Shown: positions 28,964 to 37,842, counted from the first letter of the stretch. The stretch is 64,000 nt of DNA from a virus (IMGVR_UViG_3300037246_000990:1-64000), one strand, 5' to 3'. The notes: a model not told the origin generated them from the sequence alone. Translations and numbers: made by a program.

Positions 28964-29142
28964 TCCGATTCGTCTTCACCTTCAAGTTCATAGTGGCTTT
29001 TGTTCGGTACCCCTGCATGCTCTGGGGTGGTGTTATCTAGCGCCTCTTGCAGCGCTTCCTCAACACTTCGCTCCTTACGGGCCTTTGGTAGGCCTCCTAC
29101 GTACTTCTCTCGGAGCTTCTGTGTGAGTTCTTGTTCATTCAT
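28954..29142 (-). CDS. hypothetical protein
   Basis: 62 aa, coupled. Confidence 0.5.
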   Translation of the reverse strand: MNEQELTQKLREKYVGGLPKARKERSVEEALQEALDNTTPEHAGVPNKSHYELEGEDESEWI

Positions 29143-29402
29143 TTTCTTAGCTCTTCTAGAATCTTACCGACATCTTCTTTGATGTCTTTAATCTGCGAAG
29201 CCATCACAGGAATACTTCTGACTGCTTCGTTCTGTTCGTCAACGTCTTCTTTAATAGCTAGGACTTCAACTTCTAACCCACGCCGACCTATCGAGTTAGC
29301 AATCGTATTCGTAGTGCTACCAACGATGGCTGCTCCTAAGACGAAGACAGCAACCCCAATCAGTACCGGTCTTACCCACCCATTTCCATTTGTCGTTATC
29401 AT
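29139..29402 (-). CDS. membrane protein with coiled coil (holin/spanin candidate)
   Basis: one N-terminal TM (VLIGVAVFVLGAAIVG); adjacent to endolysin. Confidence 0.5.
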   Translation of the reverse strand: MITTNGNGWVRPVLIGVAVFVLGAAIVGSTTNTIANSIGRRGLEVEVLAIKEDVDEQNEAVRSIPVMASQIKDIKEDVGKILEELRK

Positions 29403-29782
29403 TCTCGTTCCTCAGGTTGAAACTCAACGTGTATATGGTCAGACTCAAGCAGCACATCATAGTTATCACCAAGTAGGACTTGCATCCGTTCAGCCCACAA
29501 CCGGGCTTCGTACTGTACGTCACCTATGATGTTCCTAATCCGAATATCAAAGGCTCGATTCTCAAAATGTAATGAACCTTCCATGTGCTCGCTATCATTC
29601 GCGCTTGTGACCCAGACAGTACCCTTCTCCAGCATTGGCGCCGTCTCGCGGGCCGCATCGATGATCCGAACCATAACTGGATCGAAGTGAGCCCCATTGA
29701 TGTGGACGTCATCCTTTAAGCAAAAGTTAGGTACAAACACGTAGCACCCTAGCACAACTCCAGCCGCGAGTTCTGTAATCAT
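29399..29782 (-). CDS. peptidase M15-like endolysin
   Basis: VTSAND..H..GSLH...AFDIR...DHIHVE (SxH-x6-D...HxH zinc motif); hydrophobic N-terminus. Confidence 0.8.
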   Translation of the reverse strand: MITELAAGVVLGCYVFVPNFCLKDDVHINGAHFDPVMVRIIDAARETAPMLEKGTVWVTSANDSEHMEGSLHFENRAFDIRIRNIIGDVQYEARLWAERMQVLLGDNYDVLLESDHIHVEFQPEERE

Positions 29783-29948
29783 CCATAAGCCTCAACCCCT
29801 TGACTTCCATTTTCCGTCCTTCTTAAATAGCTTCTTGTGCTCAATCACATTGCCTTTTGGATCGAAGGCCAGCCGGAGCTTGGCCTTCTCACCGGACTTC
29901 TTGATGATCGTTTTCACGCGGTATTTAGTACCCGGCGGCGTAGGCATG

Positions 29949-30155
29949 CTACTCTACTGCTTCGTCTTCTGTCACTTTGTCTCTGAGAGCCGCCAGACAA
30001 TCCTCGACTTCACTTGTCGGAACATCCGCGCACTCATCAGACAGCGCGTCGCCTGCCTTTGTGAAGATGCTACCAAGCTGACCAAAACTGAAGGTCTCAC
30101 AACCCCCAATCGCAAACGCCAGCACTGCCAATCCTGCAATCAATCCTTTCTTCAT
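29949..30155 (-). CDS. small lipoprotein (o-spanin candidate)
   Basis: MKK + hydrophobic stretch + IGGC lipobox-like signal near the endolysin. Confidence 0.6.
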   Translation of the reverse strand: MKKGLIAGLAVLAFAIGGCETFSFGQLGSIFTKAGDALSDECADVPTSEVEDCLAALRDKVTEDEAVE

Positions 30156-30182
30156 TTTGTTCTCCTTTTGTAGCGTAAACTC

Positions 30183-30533
30183 TCATTTCTTTCTTCCAAG
30201 TTCATTACTGAACATTCTCGAATACTTAGTCGCCTGCTTGGGCGACTCAAACGTGAGGTAGTCCTTCCTCTTAACCGCCTCTTTAAAAGCCTTCTTCACA
30301 TTCATCTTCTCAAGTCCCGGCCCCCGCAGCCTAATAGTAGGAAACAGGATCTCCTTTCCTTTGTACAAACCTGACGCCGACTGTACAGACTCATTATTCT
30401 TTGTGTGAAGCTGCGGGTTATCCAGCGCCCGCTTCTGCCACGGTCGCAGGAGCTTCCCATTGAAGGTTCGAATCCCTTGAATCTTCTTCTTAAGCGCTTC
30501 TTTCTTCATGTAGTGATCTTTTTCTTGAGACAA
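30183..30533 (-). CDS. basic hypothetical protein
   Basis: 116 aa. Confidence 0.55.
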   Translation of the reverse strand: MSQEKDHYMKKEALKKKIQGIRTFNGKLLRPWQKRALDNPQLHTKNNESVQSASGLYKGKEILFPTIRLRGPGLEKMNVKKAFKEAVKRKDYLTFESPKQATKYSRMFSNELGRKK

Positions 30534-30853
30534 CTTTGTTGGAACTCAGGACAACTTTTGTCATCTGTGGTTTCCGGGACCCTATCGTCCTCATCCTTAG
30601 ACACGTATCCCATCTGGTTCAATTCCTCTTCTGGTACTAGCCAGTGATTCTTGTGTTGACAGTGAGGGCACTCACCGTATGTCAGTTTCTCTGCCAGCAT
30701 CGTCTGAAAGAAGGTGTCGTTATTCTTAGAGGCAGTAAGTTTCTCCATCGCGGAGATCCTCAAAGTCTCACTAATGTTTGGCCCACAAATAAGCTCTACA
30801 AGCACTTCGGCATTCCGCTCATCTAAAACGGCAACTTTGCTGGCTTTGCTCAT
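30506..30853 (-). CDS. Cys-rich protein, possible terminase small subunit-like partner
   Basis: CPHC and CPEF..SC; first gene after a promoter; resembles the TerL N-terminal segment. Confidence 0.55.
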   Translation of the reverse strand: MSKASKVAVLDERNAEVLVELICGPNISETLRISAMEKLTASKNNDTFFQTMLAEKLTYGECPHCQHKNHWLVPEEELNQMGYVSKDEDDRVPETTDDKSCPEFQQSCLKKKITT

Positions 30854-30863
30854 GGCATCTCCT

Positions 30864-30899
30864 CTACCTAATTATAGGAATTCCCCACTAAAAAGACAA
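30864..30899 (-). promoter_or_regulatory. sigma70-type promoter, TTCC-TATAAT class
   Basis: TTGTCT-N17-TATAAT-TAGGTAG. Confidence 0.65.
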
Positions 30900-30926
30900 G
30901 ACCAAGGGCGTACCAATAGCCCCTGG
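30890..30926 (-). terminator. probable intrinsic terminator
   Basis: CCAGGGGC-loop-GCCCTTGG followed by TCTTGTCTTTTT on the minus strand. Confidence 0.5.
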
Positions 30927-31002
30927 CCTGACGGTCCTAAGGTGGGTAGCGAATCCACCTTTGCACTGCACCCATATCGCAGGGCGCGCCCTTCGGGCTC
31001 CT

Positions 31003-31782
31003 TTACGGAGCCTTGCCAGTCTCAGGTATGTCCGTGTCTAGCACCTTCTTGATAGCTTTCTCCATTTCGATGCCGAACGTAATATTCTTCTCAGGGTCTA
31101 CCTTGATAATAGCTTCTGACCCCACGGATAACGCAGTGGGGCCGGGTTGGTAGTTCCAGGCTGCTGCGGGGAGCCCCTTTGAAGTCAACGTAGGCACCGT
31201 ACCATTCAACGTAGGCACCGTACCATTCAACGTAGGCCAAGAGTCCTCCAACGGGGCTTCCATCCCGTCATGAAGGCCCTTCAATCCAGCGATCATCTTC
31301 AGGTTCTCCGGATCTGTTTTGGCGATGCCTTTGATGAATTTTCTATGATCTGCGCCTTCCTGCTCCTCAGCAGTCCATTCACGGATATCTTCATCAATCA
31401 CCAGGAAGGTCTTCCCAAGGGTAGCTTCCAGTTTCGCGTTAGCATTCTCTTGGTTCTGTATGTAGCGCCAGTCACCACGAAGGCCGTCTTCATCCCGAGG
31501 CTCATGGACCTTTAATTTGTATAGAAGTGCCGCGAGGCGTGTCCCGTTAAACAGCTTGTACTTGATATAATCATCTTCATGAATCTGAATATGAGACCAG
31601 AAGCCTTTTCCGTGCTTGGTATGAATGTTAGAGACTACGTCACCATGACTCCTATCCGGGTTGGGGTCCTTGGGCATGAAGTAGGCACCGGTCCCGGCAA
31701 CATTGAACTGACTATTGTACTCTGGCATCGCTTGCATCATCTGCTCTTTTGTCATTTGAAGCGCTTCTTTCTTACTCAGCAT
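31003..31782 (-). CDS. hypothetical protein with PTLNGTV tandem repeat
   Basis: ORF; start likely MLSKKEAL. Confidence 0.65.
   Translation of the reverse strand: MLSKKEALQMTKEQMMQAMPEYNSQFNVAGTGAYFMPKDPNPDRSHGDVVSNIHTKHGKGFWSHIQIHEDDYIKYKLFNGTRLAALLYKLKVHEPRDEDGLRGDWRYIQNQENANAKLEATLGKTFLVIDEDIREWTAEEQEGADHRKFIKGIAKTDPENLKMIAGLKGLHDGMEAPLEDSWPTLNGTVPTLNGTVPTLTSKGLPAAAWNYQPGPTALSVGSEAIIKVDPEKNITFGIEMEKAIKKVLDTDIPETGKAP
31185..31237. repeat. 21-bp perfect tandem repeat (2.5 copies)
   Basis: TCAACGTAGGCACCGTACCAT x2 plus a partial copy, in frame. Confidence 0.95.
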
Positions 31783-32248
31783 CTTTGATCTCCCTGGTAA
31801 CGACAGCCACACCCGTTCGATGCTTAATGTCATAGTAATGCTCCGGCTCTCCCTGCGACAGGTAGGCCCTCATTCTCTGTGCTTCTTCTATACTGTCAAA
31901 TTCGATTGATACAGGGACGCCTGGATCCGGCTGCTCTTTGTCTCTGACAAGCTGTCTAGAGGTTCGCCCTATGTCAAGGGTTTCATACGCAAGGGTGTCA
32001 TAACTACAGTCCTGACTGAGGAGTTCGCCTGTACTGGGGTCAATATGCTCCTTGTGAAGCAGCGTCCACATCTCTAAGACGGCGAGAGGGTGCTTCTGTA
32101 TGTAGGCGTCGTGTGTGTTCCAATAGGCTTCTGGATCCTTGTCCCAATCAGGAAAGGACACCAATGTACCAGTAGCAAGGTAGCGACGATGATTAGTGTA
32201 TTTTATGTATTCTTCTTCCGTCTCATACCGGATTACTTGATCTGACAT
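31772..32248 (-). CDS. hypothetical protein
   Basis: 158 aa, GGAG RBS. Confidence 0.65.
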   Translation of the reverse strand: MSDQVIRYETEEEYIKYTNHRRYLATGTLVSFPDWDKDPEAYWNTHDAYIQKHPLAVLEMWTLLHKEHIDPSTGELLSQDCSYDTLAYETLDIGRTSRQLVRDKEQPDPGVPVSIEFDSIEEAQRMRAYLSQGEPEHYYDIKHRTGVAVVTREIKDAE

Positions 32249-32496
32249 TGCTCTCCCTGCGCCCCGAAGGGCGAACCCAGGCGACCTGCGTACTGAGCCA
32301 CCTGGGCTCTAAATACAAGATCACCTCCTTCTTCTGAGTTGAAGTTCGTTGAGCATAGCGTCATGCCTCCTCTATACAACGTCATCTTCCTCTTCCTCTG
32401 TACCTGTCGCGTACCGGACGAACCTGTAGAACAACGCAAACGCCTGGTCCTTGGTGAGCTTCGGCACTGCGACGAACCAGTAATGCAAGAAATATC

Positions 32497-32946
32497 TCAT
32501 ATTACATGAGTCCATGTTTTGTTTCGTTTGATGCAGCCTATTGTGGTACGATGCACCTCATAATCTTTACTTATCACACGATGTGTTCTAGGGTCACAAC
32601 GAATAGCTCTCACTTGTACTTCAGTGAGTTTTGCTCTTCCGTTGTGAACTCCACGAGAGACTCCGGCTACCTGCCGTCCTTTGTGCACCTTGTCGGCCAT
32701 GTTGTCAGCTTGTGTACCCAAGAACAGATGAGAAGGTCTTACACATTTACCGTTGTCACAGCTATGGCACACGCACATCCCTTTAGGGATACTACCGTGT
32801 CCCATCTCCCATGCTACTCTGTGCGCGGCAATACGGCGTCCTCTCAAGGTGAAGTAAGGATACTTTCCATTGAAGTTACGCCATACCCAGCATTCTGGCC
32901 CACTCTTCACCTTAGCCCAAAACCTTTCTTTAATACTAATCTTCAT
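32497..32946 (-). CDS. HNH homing endonuclease (type B)
   Basis: RFWAKV..GPECW.W, AHR, VCHSCDN..CV.PSHL.LGT..DN, AKLTE; real start MKISIK with AGGAG RBS. Confidence 0.88.
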   Translation of the reverse strand: MKISIKERFWAKVKSGPECWVWRNFNGKYPYFTLRGRRIAAHRVAWEMGHGSIPKGMCVCHSCDNGKCVRPSHLFLGTQADNMADKVHKGRQVAGVSRGVHNGRAKLTEVQVRAIRCDPRTHRVISKDYEVHRTTIGCIKRNKTWTHVI

Positions 32947-33138
32947 TTCTACTCCTAAAATGAAAGCGGGGTTAACTTCTGCCGGGTCTTCCCTGAACAC
33001 CGCTGAAGGGTGCCCCCGCTGGCAGGGAGACTTAGAGACAGCCTCCTGGGTGGATCCTACTGCCGTGTCTAGCACGGGTGAGATCCGGAAAACCTTCCGG
33101 GTTGTGCTTCTGCGAGAGGCCATTGGAAGGTGTTGTAC

Positions 33139-33212
33139 TGGAGCTAATAGTAGGGATCGGACCCACATCATCGAAGTACAAAACCGAGGCTCTACCATTG
33201 AGCTATATTGGC
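33139..33212 (-). tRNA. tRNA-Thr(UGU), degenerate
   Basis: GCCAATA-TAGCTCAATGGTAGAGC...TTTGTAC loop...GTGGGTCCGATCCCTAC-TATTAGC-T-CCA; mismatches in acceptor and anticodon stems; T-loop TCC instead of TTC. Confidence 0.75.
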
Positions 33213-33226
33213 GCATGTCCTTGCTC

Positions 33227-33337
33227 CTACTTAATTATAGGAATTCTCTCATTCCTTTGCCATGTATCATTATAGCTTTTCCTGAGAATAATTGCAACTT
33301 TCGGGGGGTTGCAAAAGTTTGAAAGAAAAGCTATAAT
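33227..33337. promoter_or_regulatory. divergent promoter hub: two minus-strand and one plus-strand sigma70 promoters
   Basis: minus TGGCAA-N17-TATAAT-TAAGTAG and TTGCAA-N17-TATAAT; plus TTGCAA-N17-TATAAT just upstream of 33344. Confidence 0.75.
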
Positions 33338-33343
33338 GAAGGT

Positions 33344-33658
33344 ATGAAAGAATGGATAGAAGGTTCAGGGGTTTACAGGGTTCCAGTCGAGGAACTCCCT
33401 AAGGATGCGTGGTTTGTCAGAGACCCAAAACGGTATGAAAACGAAGAAGTACAGCCTCTTCTGCATATCTGTGAGCAGGACCTAGACACAGGGGACACCA
33501 CGACATGGCTCATCTTGACTGCAAGAGTCCGGTGGGACTTTCATCGCGGCCTTTATTACTGTACAGGGTGCAAAAAGACATGGAACTCAACAAACGAGAA
33601 TGGGTTAAGAGCTATCTGGAGCGATGGTTTAGGCACGGGCGACGAAGGTCTGGCTTGA
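33344..33658 (+). CDS. HxC...CxxC family protein (divergent)
   Basis: LLHICE...YYCTGC. Confidence 0.6.
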   Translation: MKEWIEGSGVYRVPVEELPKDAWFVRDPKRYENEEVQPLLHICEQDLDTGDTTTWLILTARVRWDFHRGLYYCTGCKKTWNSTNENGLRAIWSDGLGTGDEGLA

Positions 33659-34026
33659 GAAACTACCACCGGAAGACGCTCATCCGCAAGGAGATGTGGC
33701 CCCAGATCGACGACTGGTACTGGTGCCCGAAACCCATCATCGATGAGAGGGTCCAGAAGGAGGATGACAGACTGAACATCATTGCTAGAGCCTCTCCGAT
33801 CTGGTTTGCGTTCGAATCGTGGAAGGCCCTACAATACGCATTAGGGTCCCGATTGGCACATGCTTGTGATGATGGCAGGATCAGGGCTGCATCGTGGGTG
33901 GAATACTACAGGGGCAAAGGAGGAAGTATCGGTATCTACGGTAAATGCCGACACTGTGAGGAGACCCTTTCTGATGGGATTAAAGGTATCATCATCATGG
34001 AGGAGGAGCTAGGATGGGAAACATAG
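33580..34026 (+). CDS. HxC...CxxC family protein
   Basis: LAHACD...KCRHCEETLSDGIKGII; start uncertain (33580 or TTG 33655). Confidence 0.6.
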   Translation: MELNKREWVKSYLERWFRHGRRRSGLRNYHRKTLIRKEMWPQIDDWYWCPKPIIDERVQKEDDRLNIIARASPIWFAFESWKALQYALGSRLAHACDDGRIRAASWVEYYRGKGGSIGIYGKCRHCEETLSDGIKGIIIMEEELGWET

Positions 34027-34349
34027 CCCGCACCATTCGTCGTGCTGGACCACTCCGCTTTACCGCCGACTGGAGCTGTAGCACCGTCTATCAACGCGTC
34101 CCTTCCAAAGAAGAGACGCAAAAGTCGCAAACTTCGATAAAGAAAATAGCCGAGAGGGTATACCTCGTTAAGTACAACTCAGTCGCGCATGAGATGCTCG
34201 TCCACCTCTGCGAGGATCGAGGAGACTACAAAGAGATGACATTCCGTGAGAACGACGACGGCCCGATGTATTGGTGTGAAGGGTGTGGGTTCGTTCTCGA
34301 TGACGGTACAGCGATGGCAATACGACTTTACGAAGCACCGATTTCATAG
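34014..34349 (+). CDS. HxC...CxxC family protein
   Basis: LVHLCE...WCEGCGFVLDDG. Confidence 0.6.
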   Translation: MGNIARTIRRAGPLRFTADWSCSTVYQRVPSKEETQKSQTSIKKIAERVYLVKYNSVAHEMLVHLCEDRGDYKEMTFRENDDGPMYWCEGCGFVLDDGTAMAIRLYEAPIS

Positions 34350-34357
34350 GAGACAAC

Positions 34358-34564
34358 ATGGGTAAACGAAGACGCAATCCGAAAACAATCCTTGCAGGAG
34401 CAATAGGGTTCTCGAAAATACGTTACTGCCCGGATCACAACAAGCCTGTGAAGGCCGTGAGACTGTTCGGCAGAAAAAGTATGATGTTCCACTGTGCCGA
34501 AGGCTGCAAGCTGGACAAGAACAGAACCGTCCTCAAGGTGCCGGAAGGCCCCCAGAAACGATAA
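34358..34564 (+). CDS. small basic Cys/His protein (not clearly in the family)
   Basis: CPDH...HCAEGC, AGGAG RBS. Confidence 0.6.
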   Translation: MGKRRRNPKTILAGAIGFSKIRYCPDHNKPVKAVRLFGRKSMMFHCAEGCKLDKNRTVLKVPEGPQKR

Positions 34565-34947
34565 TGCCGGATATAATGCTGAAGTACGGCTGCACAGAAG
34601 ACCAAATCCGATTCGAAATGGATGACTGGGCGTTGGTCGCTACGCCCGTAGGTCACGAAGGATTGGACTGTGTGCATGGATGCCACCGCAAAGACAGCAT
34701 AGGCATAGTCATTCAGTGGAGCTACGCGATACCGGGCGATCCGAATTGCCCTGGTTGTGACGCGGTCATGCCTGATGAGGTACAGGGCTTGTTCCAAATG
34801 GCAAATGCAGACTATATAGGGCGGATCCCTATTGGTTGGTACAAGCAAGAGATCGAACGTGGCGTCGCCAAAAGCTTCGCCCAACTCGAGAAGCAATACT
34901 TCCTCAGCGGGTCAGGGTATAAGTACGACCCCAAGGAGGAGGCATGA
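34564..34947 (+). CDS. HxC...CxxC family protein
   Basis: DDWAL, VHGC, CPGCDAVMPDEVQGL. Confidence 0.75.
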   Translation: MPDIMLKYGCTEDQIRFEMDDWALVATPVGHEGLDCVHGCHRKDSIGIVIQWSYAIPGDPNCPGCDAVMPDEVQGLFQMANADYIGRIPIGWYKQEIERGVAKSFAQLEKQYFLSGSGYKYDPKEEA

Positions 34948-35480
34948 GCGGATACCACCAGATGATTAAGGATCTCATGACGAGACCTAAGATACCGGCC
35001 AGCCTTCACACAGTGGGCAAATGGGCTATACCCACAGAAAGCGCAATGCTTTTTACGGCAGGCGGGCACCCTGTTCAACCACCGCCACCTCCACATACAC
35101 TGATCTACAACGACAAAGACCCGGACTACAATCCTCATTTCGAAGACCTAAAAGAAGTAACCTGTGAAATCCTTTTTGAACTCGACGGGTGGCAAATCGA
35201 GCACTACGAAGGTACCCCTACCCCATCTGAAGTGGATTGGATCTCGCACGACTGCCCGGTAGAGAAATGGCGCTATCGCATCGATCAATGGCAATTGATG
35301 GGCGACGGCGTATGCCCTGCTTGTTGCACACCCGTTCCGGACGAGGTGATGGGATTATGGAAACTAAAGAACTTCGACAAACTCCCCGCAATGGAAGAAG
35401 CGAGACACATGAGCCACGTACGTATCTATCCGGATAGCCACACGCCTGAAGATGCAGAAGGAGATATGCCGTGGGTCTAG
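34944..35480 (+). CDS. HxC...CxxC family protein with N-terminal extension
   Basis: DGWQI, SHDC, CPACCTPVPDEVMGL. Confidence 0.75.
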   Translation: MSGYHQMIKDLMTRPKIPASLHTVGKWAIPTESAMLFTAGGHPVQPPPPPHTLIYNDKDPDYNPHFEDLKEVTCEILFELDGWQIEHYEGTPTPSEVDWISHDCPVEKWRYRIDQWQLMGDGVCPACCTPVPDEVMGLWKLKNFDKLPAMEEARHMSHVRIYPDSHTPEDAEGDMPWV

Positions 35481-35752
35481 AAGATCTCTTCTTGTACAAC
35501 GACACACCTATAATCGAGGAAGGAACATGGAGACTCCTCGCACCTACTAAATGGGGTGTGAAATGGAAACACCTTTCCGAAGCACCTATCGTGATTCACG
35601 TATGCCCTAAAGCTCCTTTATATGCGGGGGAGCGTGAAGTCAGCTCTAACCGCATGAAAGACTCCCCATACTGCACGATATGCAAAGAAGAGGTCCCTGA
35701 GAGCATCCAAGCCGTATGGCAGATGACACATATGGAGGCAATGTTAGGATGA
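35471..35752 (+). CDS. HxC...CxxC family protein
   Basis: GTWRL, IHVC, CTICKEEVPESIQAV. Confidence 0.75.
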   Translation: MGLEDLFLYNDTPIIEEGTWRLLAPTKWGVKWKHLSEAPIVIHVCPKAPLYAGEREVSSNRMKDSPYCTICKEEVPESIQAVWQMTHMEAMLG

Positions 35753-36024
35753 ACCCCTTTTCTCTAGCCAACTACGAATGCGTAATGGAAGATGAGACTT
35801 GGTACCTAGTCCGAAACAATTGGTCACGCAACTACAACCTACGCCATTACTGCGCTGATGGGGAGATGGACGACCTCTGTGCGAGGTACCGCTGGGATGA
35901 GTTCCAGCGGGCTTGCCGGAGATGTGGGAGCCTCCCGAGCAAAGAGATCCAAGGGATGTACGTCATGTTGACAGGAGACATGGACGCTGCCCCTCGGTGT
36001 GTACCAGAAGGGACAAAGTACTAG
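35749..36024 (+). CDS. HxC...CxxC family protein
   Basis: ETWYL, RHYC, CRRCGSLPSKEIQGM. Confidence 0.75.
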   Translation: MNPFSLANYECVMEDETWYLVRNNWSRNYNLRHYCADGEMDDLCARYRWDEFQRACRRCGSLPSKEIQGMYVMLTGDMDAAPRCVPEGTKY

Positions 36025-36032
36025 GAGACGCT

Positions 36033-36374
36033 ATGACGTACCAACCGACAGCGTACATGAGCATGCTACAGCGAGAAGGCCGATTCCGGTTGTTGAAGAG
36101 CAAGCTGAGCAAAGACGTCCGGATCTGGCATAACTGCGAGACCTACGGCGACGCAGAACTCGTCAAGCACCGTACCGTCTACGTATGCCAGTACGGCGAC
36201 TGGGAACAGTTCGATTCTAGTCCGGATGAGCATGGCTGGCGCTGCACGATGTGCAACGCTCTCAGCCCTGAAGGGTTAACTGGAATCTACATCATGCTGG
36301 ACTGGGACCGCGCTACAAACGAAATCGCAAACGTTTCAGAGCAAATGTCCGAGTATGAGGCGTTACCGTTTTGA
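36033..36374 (+). CDS. HxC...CxxC family protein
   Basis: GRFRL, WHNC, CTMCNALSPEGLTGI. Confidence 0.75.
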   Translation: MTYQPTAYMSMLQREGRFRLLKSKLSKDVRIWHNCETYGDAELVKHRTVYVCQYGDWEQFDSSPDEHGWRCTMCNALSPEGLTGIYIMLDWDRATNEIANVSEQMSEYEALPF

Positions 36375-36638
36375 GTGACTACCGTGAGTAGCTTCCTCGA
36401 CGAGCAGATCCTGTGGGAGGATGACGGGTTCATCATCATCACCGATCACTACATCGATCCTGGCCGGGAGGGATTACCGACTGCCACGTTGTGGCACCGA
36501 TGCCGTGACAAGACAGACGATGCCAGCGTGATATGCCGCCCGCAAGAATACCCATGGTGCTCTGGTTGTCACCTTCATGTTCCTGCTGAGCTGGTTGGGT
36601 TCTGGGAGCTGGTGCGATACGGGCAGGAGCAAGGATGA
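36375..36638 (+). CDS. HxC...CxxC family protein
   Basis: DGFII, WHRC, CSGCHLHVPAELVGF. Confidence 0.75.
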   Translation: MTTVSSFLDEQILWEDDGFIIITDHYIDPGREGLPTATLWHRCRDKTDDASVICRPQEYPWCSGCHLHVPAELVGFWELVRYGQEQG

Positions 36639-37087
36639 GTTTATCTAACATGATTAACGTGAGAGACGTATGGAAAGACCAAGCCGAGTACATCGAAAAA
36701 GAGTACGGCGATGAGAAGCTCAAACGAGGCCGGTGGAGAGTCATCCAGTACTCCGTACACCACAGCGATGTAGGAGAGCACGGACTCTGGCACCAGTGTG
36801 AAAAGACAGAATGGGAGATGTACCTTTGTGAGTACCGAGCCGACGTAGGGTCTGACTCTAGTTTCAATGGGACCCGGAAGATCAAGCCCAACTGGCACTG
36901 CGAGAACTGCTTCGCAGTTCCACCCGCAAGCATCGTTGCTGTCTGGTGCCTGCTAGAGCCTGACGTAACCTCCGCGGAGGTGAGCACAGCCTTGAAGCTA
37001 CGCGCCGATATAGACGACGAAGAAAGGTATGATAACGTATGTTGGCAAAGCAGGCAGGTCCCCCTCCCGTACAAAGGGCCCTACTAA
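36635..37087 (+). CDS. HxC...CxxC family protein
   Basis: GRWRV, WHQC, CENCFAVPPASIVAV. Confidence 0.75.
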   Translation: MSLSNMINVRDVWKDQAEYIEKEYGDEKLKRGRWRVIQYSVHHSDVGEHGLWHQCEKTEWEMYLCEYRADVGSDSSFNGTRKIKPNWHCENCFAVPPASIVAVWCLLEPDVTSAEVSTALKLRADIDDEERYDNVCWQSRQVPLPYKGPY

Positions 37088-37347
37088 TGGATACCCTGGA
37101 CGTCTACAAAACTGACGGGGACTGGCGGTTGTCTCGCAGGTGCGCCGGGACAAAGATGCGGCATACGTTCCTAGAGCACAACTGCGGTTACGAAGACCCC
37201 CGGGCAGTGGTACAACCTAGCAAACGGTACTGGCATGCGCTTATCTACACCGTCGAGGCCCGAAACCAGGCTTGTGCTCTTTGTCAGACCCGGGCTTCAG
37301 ACGGCCTCCAAGCGATATTCTGGATCATGAAAGAGGAGCCCATATGA
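37087..37347 (+). CDS. HxC...CxxC family protein
   Basis: GDWRL, EHNC, CALCQTRASDGLQAI. Confidence 0.75.
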   Translation: MDTLDVYKTDGDWRLSRRCAGTKMRHTFLEHNCGYEDPRAVVQPSKRYWHALIYTVEARNQACALCQTRASDGLQAIFWIMKEEPI

Positions 37348-37583
37348 CTGACGTCAAAACGGTCCGCTTTGAAGATGGACTTTTCAGGCTATCCCGGTAC
37401 CGATACAAGGGCGGGTTTGACTGGTGGTTCATCGAGCACCGGTGTGGCCGTGGAGGCCACTGGAAATGGTTTAGTGGGGTCCCGGAAGACTGCCACGCAC
37501 CGTGTTGGGCTTGCACAGCCGTCGTTCCGGACGGGCTCCATGCGATGTTCTGGTTCGTGAAGGATGGACAAGGTTATGAATGA
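37344..37583 (+). CDS. HxC...CxxC family protein
   Basis: GLFRL, EHRC, CWACTAVVPDGLHAM. Confidence 0.75.
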   Translation: MTDVKTVRFEDGLFRLSRYRYKGGFDWWFIEHRCGRGGHWKWFSGVPEDCHAPCWACTAVVPDGLHAMFWFVKDGQGYE

Positions 37584-37842
37584 CTCGAAAACGCAACCCA
37601 CCCCCTTAGCCGCCGAAGGTGGTTGGGGGTTGTATGAGCAAGGCGAAGACACGCCAGACTACATGCAAGGAACCCCTTACTTGTGGTATTTGTGGCATGA
37701 CTGTGGGCCCGAGAGGGTGGGCTGCGCCCAACGATTCATGTACAAGCATATGGACACAGCTTGTTCATGGTGTAACTGCCCTGTACCTGCGGGGCTCCAG
37801 GCGTTGTTCGTCCTGCTGACAGGAGACATGGAACATGAATAA
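37576..37842 (+). CDS. HxC...CxxC family protein
   Basis: GGWGL, WHDC, CSWCNCPVPAGLQAL. Confidence 0.75.
   Translation: MNDSKTQPTPLAAEGGWGLYEQGEDTPDYMQGTPYLWYLWHDCGPERVGCAQRFMYKHMDTACSWCNCPVPAGLQALFVLLTGDMEHE

Noticed and set aside
33060-33138. Theta/HDV-like ribozyme at the tRNA 3' trailer
   Set aside because: I found no P1 partner for the bases right after CCA and could not build the nested double pseudoknot.
32947-33216. 90-aa N-terminal extension of the HNH ORF in the ORF track
   Set aside because: It overlaps the tRNA and structured RNA; a good RBS and ATG exist at 32946.
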